From Phoronis australis (taxonomy: Eukaryota; Animalia; Phoronida): 64,000 nt of DNA. A model generated the notes under the pieces. That model ran no database searches. It saw only the letters and a program-made list of their open reading frames with translations, and was not told where the DNA came from. Within the stretch, counting starts at the first letter, position 1. Every line of letters begins with the position of its first letter. Positions 12,475 through 25,832 of the stretch are shown here, piece by piece. The position numbers and the translations under genes were made by a program. The stretch is taken from assembly GCA_002633005.1 (NCBI GenBank), contig NMRA01000397.1, positions 311,218 through 375,217 on the forward strand, in the 5' to 3' direction.

Positions 12475-13620
12475 TTTATACGCGCCCACATATACATTGT
12501 GGGTGCATAGTGCTGTTATCTCATTCAGATGTGCGTCTGGCATCCTATGTCCTGTGTCTGCCCGGCATCTGCAGCTGTATCTCCTACACCCCTTGCTGTG
12601 AAATTTAGCCAGCGTGTTCCTTTGAACACAACAATAAATGATTACAGCTGCTTTGCTCCCTGGTGGCAATTTTCTATTTTTGTTCTTGTCTCTACATATT
12701 CAAAGTTCCGTTACAGATTTCCATGAAATCTTACAAATACATCGACTATTCATTTTTAAATGGATTTGACATATTCTGTAATGGTCATTTCTATTATTTT
12801 AAGTATTTAAGTATTTTGTGCATCCGCAACTTTATCTGCTAAACTACTATATGTGTTCTTATTGAAGAAAATCACAGCTCCTTTAAATTTTGGGGTCTGA
12901 CCTGTGTGGTGCCCCCTATAGAAGCAATCTATTTGCATCTGGAGCTGTATTCCTAGGAATGTAACTACAGATGACAATGCTTTTCGGACAGATTTGAGTA
13001 CTGCTGTGTCCCCCAAAAACAATCTTAATTGTTGACGTTTCTCTTTCTTCGTAGGTCTTTGACAGATTTTCATGATGTCTGGTTAAGGAGATGTCGCTTT
13101 TTCATTTTTGGATGGATTCCATGTTATTCTACGCCACATTTTTTGGCATCCACCTTTCTTTCTGCCAAACATCTCGAAAGATCGTTGTGACATTTGGCAT
13201 TAGGTTCTTACTGACAAGAGCACAGCTGACGAAGGGCTTTTATTATGAGTTGAACTGTTGTGGATCTTCACAAAATTTGGCAAATAAGCTATTATCATGG
13301 ACACTATGGCAACTGTCCCATTTCAAATGGATTTTACCTTTACTGCTCTCCTGGTGGCCTTTTTATTTGTTTGTTTGTTTTTGTTGTCTTCCATCCTATC
13401 TGCCAAACTGCTTGAACAATCATGGTGAAAGATGACAGGTGTGTTGTATTGAGATGAGCATAGCTGACTTGCTTTGCGCCTCCTTGAGGCTGTAGTAAGT
13501 TATGTAGTATCGCTCACTGTTATGGAGAATATTTAAAATTATAGTCATCATACCTTGTATGTGTGCTATGTTTGATACACATAGTGCACTCATATTAGCG
13601 CTATGCTTTGCTATAGTTTT
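12475..13620 (+). mobile_element. HINE-like family A copy (diverged)
   Basis: 5' tttatacgcgcccacatatacattgtgggtgcat; core motifs; degenerate 3' end. Confidence 0.6.
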
Positions 13621-14214
13621 TCATTTTACCCATTGGTTGCAATCCAGTGTCCCCAAGTTGCTCTTTGGTATTCCTGACTGTTTGTAATAGGAAGTTCAAT
13701 CCCTGTACTACCATGTTGGCAGTGCTGCTTCTCAGTGAAAAGAACTACCTCGCATTTGTAACATTAAGTGCCTGAGACAGTCTCTGAGTAAAATTACAAT
13801 GCAACCGTTTTTAATGTTATTTTTAAATTTATTTAGTAACAGTACAACTTCCGGTGTTGGTTGACTATGTGCAGAGTCGACCTAGCCAATTAAGGTGAAC
13901 CTGATCACTTTTCACCACTTGGAAATGGTTATAAAGCAAAAGAATGAGAAAAAAATTCTTGTTCAGTGTGTTAGTACTAACCATATCAAATTCCCTTGAC
14001 ATGTTCACGAAACCGTTAACGGTCTTACCGGTTATATTTTGCATCTTTTTACCTTTATCTAACAACAACAAATCAAATTGTCTGCCATCTTCTAGTTGAA
14101 ATTTTTGTCCTAACGATGTCATGTAGTGGCCCTCATGTCAGCTAAAGAGGCTATTGAATGTTTTAGTTCATGACTTCACCTATAGGTTAAAAAATATAAA
14201 TGGCTGAGTGACAA

Positions 14215-14467
14215 GTGAATTTTTAAGTGTGGCTGTGCTTCCTAGTGGCAATTTGCATTAAGTTTGTATTTATGGAGATTTTAGATGGATTATCACTGTG
14301 ACAGCAAGTAGCTTTGAGAGTCAACAACAGTTTCCCATTTTTGGATGACTTCAATGTATTCTGTGCCATCTAAAGGCCATTTTTAGGGTATTTAATACAC
14401 CCCATAGAAACACACTGTTTGTGGTGCAGTCATAGGCACATTTTAACGCTCTGCGTTGCTCTTGTTT
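14215..14467 (+). mobile_element. HINE-like family A 3' fragment
   Basis: cctagtggcaatt core; 3' end ggcacattttaacgctctgcgttgctcttgtt. Confidence 0.55.
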
Positions 14468-14755
14468 GGAAAATGTGACCTTTGACTTCAAGCAACTAAC
14501 TCTGAGCGCATGTTCGCATTTATCATAAGTGGTAGGGAGATCAGAAATTCCATGGTAACCAGTTTTTTTCCTTCGCGCATATTCCAAAAATCGGGAATTT
14601 TGCGATTTTTTCTGGAAATTTCCTCACAGGGGAAGTGAATTACTCTGCACTAGACATTGCAAGATATTAATTTCATAATGATGCTTTTAAAATTTATCTT
14701 TGACGAGCTTTCACTTTCCATGCCTCTTTAATTCTGTTGTTTTCTCTGCCACTAG

Positions 14756-14904
14756 GTGATGCTGCTGATCATCTTACACTGCTGACCCAGCTGGTTCCTG
14801 ATTGGCTGACATTGGTTACCATACGTAAAGGCAAGTTCATCAAGATGAACAAAGACACAGACCTGCATAATGTAGTGAACAGGCTGAAGGGAATGCTGAA
14901 GTAA
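14756..14904 (+). CDS. CDT1: Cdt1 final coding exon
   Basis: cactag acceptor. Encodes DHLTLLTQLVPDWLTLVTIRKGKFIKMNKDTDLHNVVNRL (Cdt1 HLLLLSELLPDWL...YVKLDK). TAA stop at 14902-14904. Confidence 0.93.
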
Positions 14905-15472
14905 ACGAGTCTGGCTGCTGTAATGTGTAACCAACAATGACACATGTTAGGGTGAACTTTAGGCAGGGAAGAGGATGGTTTGCTGTTTTACTGAAGTTCA
15001 CGCTTTCTCAGTCGCCGCAAGATTAGTGACTCTTGTCATAATCTAGCTTTTGTTTGACTGCATGCACTTTAAACAGTGCTTTTAAAGAGTTTTTGTGCAG
15101 GCCCCAAAGTTCTGTTCAGATGTGCAATGTGCAACTCTTCAATTTCTCTGAGTAGCTCATCTGTTGATCATGAGTGATTTACAACTCCAGCAGGTTGCTG
15201 AAAGCTCAAAGCTTTTATTATGCTGTGAGGTTATACGCAATAGACAATTCTGTGGATACTTCATTTTTTATGCATTTGGGTTGTGTGTGATTATTGTGAC
15301 CTGTTGGTTGTGTAGCCAGGCATGTGGTGTCATAAATCACTGGTATGGAATGGATCTTCAAACTTATATGATCAGATTGAGTAATGTCATGGGTAAGGAA
15401 TATTTTTGTGGGTATGAAAATATGGTCTCATTTAATTTCCGTAAAAAGATTTTATCTGTAATTGTTGGTTCA

Positions 15473-16810
15473 TTTTTATGGACTCGCATATTTATGTGTG
15501 GGGTCATCCCTGTCTGTCCATCCGTCTGGCGTCTGCTGCTCTATCTCCAAAATCTTTATGTATGTTCATGAAGTTTTGCACATGTGTTCCTTTCATGGGT
15601 GGAACAGCACGAGCAAATTTTCAGACGGATCCTACTACCGGTGTGCCCCCTAGTGGCAATTTTATTCTTTTACGTTTACCTGTATCTTCTCAGGTCCTCA
15701 ATGCGTTTTCATAAAATTTGGCATATAGGCATCTATTAGTGATATGACGCTATCCTACCATTTTTGGGTGGATTTGACGTAGATTGCGCCACCTAGTGGC
15801 CATTTTTACTGTTTTCAAGTCAGTTTTTGACGTCTGGCCTCTATCAACCAAATCAGTCTAAGTATGATTGTGAGAATTGGCATATATGTTCCTATTGTGA
15901 AGAGGACTGCTGACAATTTTTCAATAACTTTGACTACTGTGGTGGTTCCTAATGGCCTTTTTGCGCTCATGGCTTTATCTCCCAAACCCTGTGCAGAAAC
16001 TTTATTACATTTAGCAAGTGTATTTATTTGTCGTGTACGGATGATGACGACTTTTAGACAGATCCCACTAATGCTGTGCAACATAGTGGCATTTTTTTCT
16101 GTTTTCATCTGTTTTTCTGAAGTTCTTTGATAGATTTTTTTGTGAAATTTGGTAAATAGGTTTTTGTTTTATTCTGCTCAGGCTTTCGGATGGATTGGAT
16201 GGATTTTGCGCCATCTAGTGTCCACTTTTGTTGTTTTCTTGTCTGTTTTAGGCGTATGCCCCTCTTTCAACCAAACCACTCTAAGGACGATTTAGAAAAT
16301 TACCACTTATGTTTCTGCTGTGAAGTGGATGGCTGGTGATTTTCAGATGACTCAAACTACTGTGGCAGCTCCTTGTGGCAAATTATTTCGTCTGGCTGTT
16401 TTTCCCAAACCTTCTGCAACATCTTTATTAAATTTGGCAAGTGTATTTATATGAAGTTGACAATGGACAACGAAGATATTTGGATGGATCAGACTACTGC
16501 CATACCCCTTATTGATTATTGTTTTGTTGTCCTCTGCATCTTTGAAACTCCTTGGCAGATTTTGATTACCGCTGTGATTCCTAATGGTAATTTTTTATGT
16601 TAGCCTTTGTATCTTAGTAGTTTTCAGACAGATTTTCATGTAATTTTGCAAATAACTTTGAGAGACTACTACACCTTCCCATTTTCGAAAGGGTTCAATG
16701 TATTGTGTGCCATCTAATGGCCATTTATATCGGACTAATAAACACCTCTAAAAGCATACCATTTGCAGTGCTGTCACGTACACATTTTAACGCTCCACCT
16801 TGCACTTATA
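15473..16810 (+). mobile_element. HINE-like family A copy downstream of the CDT1 stop codon
   Basis: Colinear with 2696-4499 (ctgctctatctccaaa, actaccggtgtgccccctagtggcaattt and others). Confidence 0.7.
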
Positions 16811-18149
16811 TAAGTTGTTGTGCAATTCATGTGGTTGAATAGTTCTCTGTTATAATACACATAGTTTAGACAGATCAATGGCTTTGAGCCTGGGGATTAT
16901 TGTTTCAAGTTTTGACCACGCTATGGCTAAAAGCATTTTTGACCAAGGAAAGTCTATCACATGTGTGTTATAAAGTGGATGACTGATCTGGCCTGGTATT
17001 TTCGTTTGTTACTTTCTAGTATATAATTATGTTTGAGCGTGTTTGCTGGTCATAGGTGTTTCTATTGAGAAAAGCATTGCTAGTGTTGACTTTTTGATGG
17101 ATCCGACTTCCCTCATCCCTTAGTGGCATCCGTTTAATACCTATGGATTCTTTGGTGGATCTAATGTTAGTTTTTAAATGAATCGGACTATTGAGAAAAT
17201 ATTTGTGGCATTGAACACTCCTTGGTATCTTTGCCATTCATGATATATATGGTGGGCGGCTATTGACACTCAGCGTCATGGTTGCTCTTGATAAGTAACA
17301 GGCAGTATCCATTTGAGTGATTCCTTAAAAATGTTGTACACCGAAATTAAAAGGGGAAACAATTGATGTGTGTACATTGTGACACGCTAGGTTGGGCCTC
17401 TGTGTATCCAATAAGTTCTGATGCGTGGTTAATTTGTTGTTCACAATTCTACCATATATGTATGTGTATATGTATATGTATGTATGCATACATGCATGCT
17501 TGTATGTATATATATCCTTGGCTGAAATATGAAACCTGTATTTTTTAAGAGTTGGGTAGTCAAATGTTTTAGAAAACTACTTGTTTTTGAAATTCTTGTA
17601 GTATGTAAGGTTGCATTTTAAGTAATATTTATTTTGTAATATTTTAGATTGATTGCTTATTGTGGTGTTTGTATGAAATTTGCATTTGATTAGTGAACAT
17701 GTGACTCATTTTGCACCTTGGATTTGTACAGAACATTCCTGATGCATGTCAGAAAATCCCGAAACACTTCTACCGACAATAAAAATGCAAATTACTCTCT
17801 TTGATGCCTCATTTCTTATGTGACTAATGTCTAAATGCAATCTGTCGTCTGCCAGTTCTTTATGATTTTACGTGGGACAGCTTACTAACTTTGAGTGAGT
17901 GATGTTTGATTCAGGAACAGTCGTTAAATTTTCGTGATTACTGGTGGAGTTTTTTCCAATTCAAATTTATGCGTTTCTAATTACAGGAACTACTGCCCTG
18001 CGCATTACTTACCTTACTTTTCATTGAATTACGCTTATGAAATTTAACTCTAGCCACAATGTACGTACGCACTATTGTCCGAACACTATTTAGTCGTCAC
18101 ACGAGACCCAGAACTGAGACCAAGATTTGTATTTTAACTGTGTTTTATT

Positions 18150-19467
18150 TCTTTGCGCCCACATATTTATATGCGGACGCATTATGTCGTCCTCTCCGTC
18201 CGGCGTCCGCTGCTCTATCTCCAAAGCCCTTTGACTTGCGTTCATGAAATTTTTGCACGTGTTCCTTTCATGTATGGGACGGCATGAGTGAACTTTTGGA
18301 CGTATTCTTGTACCGGTGTGCCCCTAGTGGCGACTTTAGTTTTTTACGTTTACTTCTGTACCTTCAAAGGTCTGTATCGTATTTTCATGAAATTTGGCAT
18401 ATAGGCATCTATTAGTGAGATGACACTTTCTTCCCTTTTCGGATGGATTCGATGTAGTTTGCGTCACCAAGTGGCCATTTTTACTGTTTTCGAGCCGGCT
18501 TTGTGGCATCCACCCTTCTATCAACCAAAGCGCTTTGAAAATTTGCGAGGACTGCTCATGATGATTTTCTGACGACTTTGACTACTGTGGGGCCAGCTAG
18601 TAGTAATTTTTGTGCCCATGGCTGTATCACCTAAACTGTTTGCAGAATCTTAATTAAATTTAGCAAGTGTATTTATTTGATGTTGACAACGGACAGTGAC
18701 GGCTTTCGTATGGATCGGACTACCGGTGTGCAATTTTAGTTTTTAGTATTTTCAAAGGTCCTCAACAGATTTTCATAAAATTTGGAATATGAGGCCTCTA
18801 GTAGTGAAATGACGCTATCCGGTTTTCGGATGGAATCGAGGTATTTTGCACCACCTAGTGGCCATTTTTGATATTTTTTGAGTCCACCCTCTATATTAAC
18901 CAAACCATTCTAAGGATGATTTTGAAAATTGGCGTATACGTTCTCAGTGTGAAGAGGACGGTTGACGACGACGACTTCGATTACTCGCTGGTTCCTGTTT
19001 ATGTGTTCGTACTGAATTTTTCACGAACAATTTACAGTTCTCTGCGTGCCGCTAGGTGGCAATCAGCAGGCAGGGAACAAACTAGCGTCAACTACTGTGT
19101 CGCCTCCTAGTGGTAGTTTTGTTTTGCTCCCATAGCTGTATCTTGTATCTCCTAAACCCATTGCAGTACCTTTAGTAAATTTAGTTGGTGTATTCATGTG
19201 AAGCTAACAACAGACGACGACGACTTTTAGGCCGATTCAACGAACGCTGTGCCCCCGATTTCATTTCTCCGTTTCCTTTTGTTTCTCTAAGTTCAATGAC
19301 AGATTTTTTGAAATTTGGTTAAAAGCTTTCTATTAAAGAAGCGATGTCATGTTCCCGTTTCGGACGTTTTTGCGCCATCTAGTAGCCATTTTGTCACCAA
19401 CCCCAGTAGCACCCCGTTTGCTGTACATTCGTACGCGCGCATTTCAACGCTCCGTGTTGCTATTGTA
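18150..19467 (+). mobile_element. HINE-like family A copy, near full length
   Basis: ttgcgcccacatatttatatgcggacgcattatg start, highly similar to 2701 onward; 3' gcgcgcatttcaacgctccgtgttgctattgt. Confidence 0.72.
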
Positions 19468-22400
19468 TTACAATCTTGGCCACTTCGTAAAATGCTCTTA
19501 TGCTTATTAATGAAATCATGTGTTTACAGATTTATCTTAGGCAAGTAGAATATTAATCAAAATTGGCAATCTTCAACCCTGGTGATCTCTGCAGGTATGC
19601 AGCAACTCAAGTATTCCGTTGGCTCGATAACAGATTCGAACGGTTTCGGCCTATATACACGCTTAAATGTACTCTCGGTCAAGATTGTATGGTATGCCGT
19701 CTCGGTAGTGCTACGGCGTTGCGCCTAAATGCTACACATTTTTTCGATGTTCATGATATAATTTTCAAATCTTCACTTTGGCTTTTAGGTTACGGGCAAT
19801 CCCTTTTGTTGAAATAATCTCATATCTCGAGCTTTGCTCGACAGGGCCAAAGGAGTCACCTAGGAGTAGAACACAGTTACTAGATATAAGAGCCTCTAAT
19901 AGGTAAATAGATGCATTTTGACACTTGACCATATTTTGTCTCGTTTTCGTCAGTGCTGTGGATTGCTACGCCTTTTTAAAACTTAGAGCAAAAATAGTTA
20001 ACATGTATGGAGTTCACCTAAATTTGTCAGGTTTCCTGCGACGTAACATAGCTGTTAACCTGGTAAATAGTGTTTATTAAATCTTTTGTGAGTGTATATT
20101 TGATTAGCTAAAATACAAACGTGTGCATTCCGCTTTGAGTGCTACTAAATGCCCTGCGAGCGGCACAATGGGTTCTTCAAGTAATAATAGACCACTCAAT
20201 TTGAAATGAGACGTGTTCGAGTACCGTTCTCAAGAAGGCCCCAGAGGTTTGTAATAATAGCCCGGGGAGGTTCGCGACTAAATTTTTACGTGGACTGGAG
20301 CTGGAAAATTAGGATACCTCCCTATTCAGGAGAGTGAACTCGAAAAAGGGACCTATTTGTAGGAAGCATTTATGATGGAAAATCACCATTTCGTACATTT
20401 TTGTTCCAGAAATACTACAATTTTATAGTTTTAATTCCACATATCCGAACCTTTCGTAGAGACTCTTGATCACATATCTTTTTACTATGTTAGTCTGAAG
20501 TTGCACAATACGAGATGCCCTGTTGCAAATAATTAGTGTCTTCTGCAAATTTGCATAAATTGGAAAAAGGAACTTTTAGCTCAAGGCGATATATGGGAAA
20601 GTGCGCCATTTCTATGTAAATGTTATGAGAAAGACACCTTTGGTAGGGAACTGGTCATGAACAATCACCTACCTCGTATTACCCTCCCGTGTGCTTCTGT
20701 TATGGGAGTATCCTTCGGGGACATTGGTATCCAAGAGGATCCAAAGTGATCTGCGGTATTTCAAGGAGAGGGAATTTTAACTTTCTTTTAATTGCTTATA
20801 AATTTCTTAGGACGGGGTCCCGAACCGACACACATGTAAGTAAATTATATACTCACAAATTTTATATTCTACACTTTTAGGTGTTACTTTGATATGTGTA
20901 TTGTGTTTGCTTTGAAATGTAAACCTTTTGTGCAAATTGAACAGATGTTACATGGTTGATTACGTAAAAGAGAAAGCTGCTTTGCTTTTTGAATCTTAAT
21001 TTTTCTAATAAAAGCTTATTCTTTCGTTGCAAACCGAGACTTCACGATAAAATGCATCCGCAGTAAAGTTAAATACTGTGCACACATCTATTTATATGTG
21101 TAGCACAAATACACTTTTCTAAACTTGGTGTGATTTACCGATAATAACCTGAGCGTGTTCATTGTTTCTTGTACTAATCAATAAAGGATTTCCGAGATTC
21201 ACCTGTAGTGTGTTGCTGGGTCGATAGGATAGTCAGTTTAGCTCGCATGTGATTTGTTTGAGTAAACTTTAAGCAGCGCCCATATTAGATTAAATTCCAT
21301 TTGCGTTGATACTGGTGTTCACTGTAGCCTTGGCATTAGTACCACTCACTTACATAGAGGCGGCACAAAGCAGATATGTTGGAAAGAGTATGTATGGAGA
21401 GAACTTAATGATTGGGCTCGGATGATTGGATGAGGCTACTGGAGATGTTTTATGCAACGTAAGTTCATCTTCACATAGGTGTAGGTCATCATAGTACGGG
21501 GATTCATGCACTTGGACTTGGAACAAAAAGTCAATAGACAACGATGGATACAGTGCGCGGTTGCACGAACTAAGTGTTCTAAGTCTTTTCCGTATTTTTT
21601 TCATACTTCACTCACAGATGCAATATTTTTTTCTATAATTGTTATGAGCTTCTCTTTGACCAATGACATTAAATTTCAAAATAATATAACTAAAAACAGA
21701 GCCTTTAATTCAGTTTAAATAATTAGGGACTTAGTCCTTGAATTAGTGGCGTTGCACGAAAAGATCCTTACTTACTTTCATTTCTAATAACAATTCAACG
21801 AGACTCTCGATTTGTATCAACACCAAAAATTGACTTAGAAACAATTGCTGCACCCTGGGCGAAGTGGGCAAAAAGGTCCCCATCAGAGAAACAAAAACTC
21901 CAAAAAGTAGAAAATGATACAAAAGTCAATTAAAAAGGCATAAACCACTAAAATTTGTTGTCATGCCGCGAGACGTCACAAAAGTGTAATTCTGTCGGGC
22001 AATGAAAACAAAACGTAAAAATAGTATGATATTTTGCTGAAAGTCATTATAATCATAAAACGATAGACCTACTTAAAATGTAGGCTCTTGCATCACAAAA
22101 GAGTGTTGACATTCATCAAATTTCTTATAGCCCTGAGAATGGGTTTAATAAATATAATTGTGAGCGGAAAGCTCTGGCTTTTTGTCAGTTCATCTTCTGC
22201 TAAAATTCCTTTGAGTTAAACCCGTGTTTTTCCTGAATGAAATAAACTTCATTCTAACTCCACTCTCAGAGTATGTAAATTTCCCAGTGCATTTTCGAAA
22301 ATTTTCCAGAGTATTAACCTCGACGGCACATTTTCGGCCTTGTTTTACTTACGTGTCTTCATCAATGCCGAAAATGTAAACACTAAAAAGTGAAAATACC

Positions 22401-24599
22401 TAAGAAAACGATTTATCATACCCAAAGATGACATTTTAGTTACATTTTAAGACCAGCTGTTTTTGGAATTCCGTTGCATGTGAACCCCGTTTAGTAGCAA
22501 ACTTTGCGTCGTGCCCTTATTTTGTCTGTAAAACAGACCACCCGAGACTCCCTTTCAGACTAGCACAAGCAATTCCAACGGTCATTGCAGTTTCTGTCTT
22601 ACTTCGACGGACACAAATTATCTTTGTTTGACTTATATAGTTTCTAGACAGTAAGTCAAATAGGGGGATTATATTTGTAAGCGAGAAGGACAAATATTGA
22701 TCATGGTAGCATAGGAGACCGCACTTGTAGCTTCAGAGTGATTGCGAAACTGACTTCCGAGAAAAATGAACATTTTTGCAAGTTACCGAGACGATAAAAA
22801 TGAACTCTACTGATAGAAGATACGAGTTATTAACGCTGTATGTGGAGTCTGTAAGACTTCAATGTAGAGGTAGTAAGCCAAGTTTCACTTCAATCATACA
22901 ACACAGTTACTGCGATCGCAATGTTTTAAAACACGAATTTCTACGCTATACATCGTATTTAGAAATTTTAGGAACATTTAAACAAAAACTAATCGCAGGA
23001 AGTGGAAGGCGCGTACAAAAATACGTGACGTTATTTTATTCAATCAGTTTTGCTGTCAAATACTTCGTGCGACCAGAAAAAAATTCATTCTGCAACAAAA
23101 CGCTTGCAAAACTGCTGTTGTACATCCTTACAAGAGTTATCACCTTTATTTAAGCATATCCTACTCAACTTGGTTAGTGGAGAATGACTATCTACCCATA
23201 ATGATTAAGTAGTTCCAGAAACCTGTCATTCGCACAAATCTGCATCAAGGTAAATAAAGGTCACTTTGTATGATAAGATAAACTTTCCATAATTCGCAAA
23301 CACATTTTGAATTACAGAGTTTTCAAACGATTGATATCTTTCGAAGGCTTAATGACACTAGTGCCTGCATTCTTTATGAGTTAGAATAAATTTATCATTC
23401 CATGAGTGCACGCCTGTGCCATTGTGAACGTGCCGTCAGCATCCATGCAAGAGAACCAGGGAGACGCCCCATATTCCAGTTAACACAAAGATTTTTTGAT
23501 CATTAAATACTGATTGCTTTTACGACCGAAAACTCATTGGTTGCGACGGACTTATGAGAAGTTATTAACTTTTACCATAGCTATAAAAAGCAAAATCAGT
23601 TGTGCGTTTGTGATCAGTCCAAAAGGGCGCAAGAATTGAATTGACTTGAGCTGTTAAAGGAAATGGACTCCAATAACGGCAAAGAACATGAGACCGATTT
23701 TCTGAAGTAACTAAAAATGCCCAATTCGTTTTTAGCCTGTTAACATGGGAGGAATGTAGCTTTAATTTAAAGTCCGCGTTATGATAACTTCCGAAATGGT
23801 TAGCAATTTCATCTGTAAGCTTACCTTAAAATGTGTCGCACTGAAATGTTACCTGTTAAAATGATACCAAACCTGGTGTTGGCCTATTTGCAGATCTCAA
23901 GGAGGAGTTCCCAGTCAACTCTCTAAATCAAACTCATGTCCCACAACCCTTGCCAAACCTCAAATTCGGAACAAATTTTGAAAATTACTTGATACAAAAT
24001 CAGCTAAACGGGCAAGTGTGGCCTAAAATTTAGGTATGTTACACATCCGTAGGATACCCACCAAGAACCATGATGTCCATTCTGCCAAGTAGTGAATCCT
24101 AATTTTACCACTCCAGTGAGACGCCAATGTTGCATGAGCAGGGTATAAAACGAGGATTGATTGAAAATATCAAACCACGGCTTAGTATACTTTTCAATCT
24201 AACTAAAGAACATTGTCTGCAATAGGTAAATGAAGAAACGAAGTGAACATGTAAATTTTGCCTTGTTCAACTGTCACTGTGTATAAGGGCCACTATCCAC
24301 TTGTACAACAAGGGAACAAAATTTATTCAACTACTAAATTACGACAATGAAAAAAAAATTTTTTTTGAAAAGTACAAACTGGGTGCATTGCTCATTTTTA
24401 TGAAATTGTTGATGTCAGTGGTGATGGCGATGACAATTTTAATCATGTCAAAAGATGGTGACAATGGCTACGATAGTTTATTTATACGATTTTAAGTCGA
24501 TGATATCAGTAATGAAGCTCATGTCTGTTTAATGTCTATTCTTTAGGTTAAGTTAACTGAGGCTATGTAGTAGCAACAGAAAGAAGGTCGATACAATTG

Positions 24600-25631
24600 A
24601 TGGATAAGACGGAACAGCCTGGAAAAAGTCTCGCCATAGAGGCTGATGGTGATGCATATAAGGGCTTCCGACACCACAGAAGAGATTTACACCTTCAGCG
24701 CCAGTCAATCAATCGGGCCGCCTCGATTGCCATGGACACCATTTTACATAAACAATTAAAACTGGCAAAAAGATTTTCCGACTTGTACGGCAGCAGATTA
24801 GAGAAAAGTGAAACAACTGAAATGCAGCGAAAATTAGATTCGATCGATTCAGAATTAAAGACTAAGAACGTTGGACATATAAATACTCAGCACATGACAC
24901 TTCCAGTGGCAATTCCTATAGTGAATATGCAGTCCACAAACAAAGATGGCAACGGAGATAGCAACAAAGACGAAAACGATGACTACGATAAAGAGGACGG
25001 TGTTGCCTGTAACAGTTACATACCACGCATTGCGCATACTGCGAAAGACATTCTGAAAAGTAAAACCTCAAAATCGACCATTATCATCACGGGCTCAAGC
25101 AGTCATAAAACCCATCCGTTATTCAGGGAAATTATGGACACCACTCGTATACAGAACCAACTGGTTGCTGACAAATTGAAACATGACGAGTTGTTTCTAA
25201 AGAATCGTGTCAAGAGGTGGAGAGCAAATCTCGCGAAAGAAAGAGAAACGTTGGCGGACAGATTTCGTCAGGTTTCTTTTACAGATTCTGCAGATGGTGG
25301 GAAACTTGTATTGAGGAATACTCGTCCAAAATCATGTGGAGCAATAAAAGTCAAACCGTGTTCGCATGTTGCTCTAAACACGACTATCAAACGAAGCCAG
25401 ACGCCGACTCTGCGCATAACAGAAACTTGCAGTGTTGAAGATGTCTTGAGAATTGTGCAGCCTAAAACGACCACGAGAGAAAAATTCCCGGTTGTAAAAT
25501 CGGCAAAACCACGCTCGGCTGTTAGGTGGCGAGATGAAAAAGGTGAAAAGTCGCTAGTCACCAGAACTTTATTGCAAAAACGCCGAGCAGCGTCGGCAAT
25601 AAGTTATCGGCTTAGGAACAATGTTTGGTGA
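24600..25631 (+). CDS. Uncharacterised basic protein (343 aa), coding region in a single exon
   Basis: 1032-nt stop-free ORF in ~36% GC DNA. A ctttag acceptor at 24546 precedes the ATG. N-terminal coiled-coil-like segment, acidic DN-rich linker, then a basic Ser/Thr-rich tail. No recognisable domain. Confidence 0.7.
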   Translation: MDKTEQPGKSLAIEADGDAYKGFRHHRRDLHLQRQSINRAASIAMDTILHKQLKLAKRFSDLYGSRLEKSETTEMQRKLDSIDSELKTKNVGHINTQHMTLPVAIPIVNMQSTNKDGNGDSNKDENDDYDKEDGVACNSYIPRIAHTAKDILKSKTSKSTIIITGSSSHKTHPLFREIMDTTRIQNQLVADKLKHDELFLKNRVKRWRANLAKERETLADRFRQVSFTDSADGGKLVLRNTRPKSCGAIKVKPCSHVALNTTIKRSQTPTLRITETCSVEDVLRIVQPKTTTREKFPVVKSAKPRSAVRWRDEKGEKSLVTRTLLQKRRAASAISYRLRNNVW

Positions 25632-25832
25632 GCACGTTACAGTAATCAGGAGATAAACCTTGATGAAATAATATTATAGGCTTCCGTTTGTCGGTCCAAT
25701 ATCAAATTTGTTAATAGTATTTCATGTCTGGATTTTACGTCAACCTATTTTGCACTTCTACGACAGAATCCTTCTCAACTCTGTCGCAGCGTCACATTTG
25801 AAGCAAGGCCAATTCCACTTTACATACGTTAA

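Noticed and set aside
22776-23153. 125-aa ORF
   Set aside because: No recognisable motif and a non-ATG start in the track; it may be 5'-UTR or intergenic sequence.
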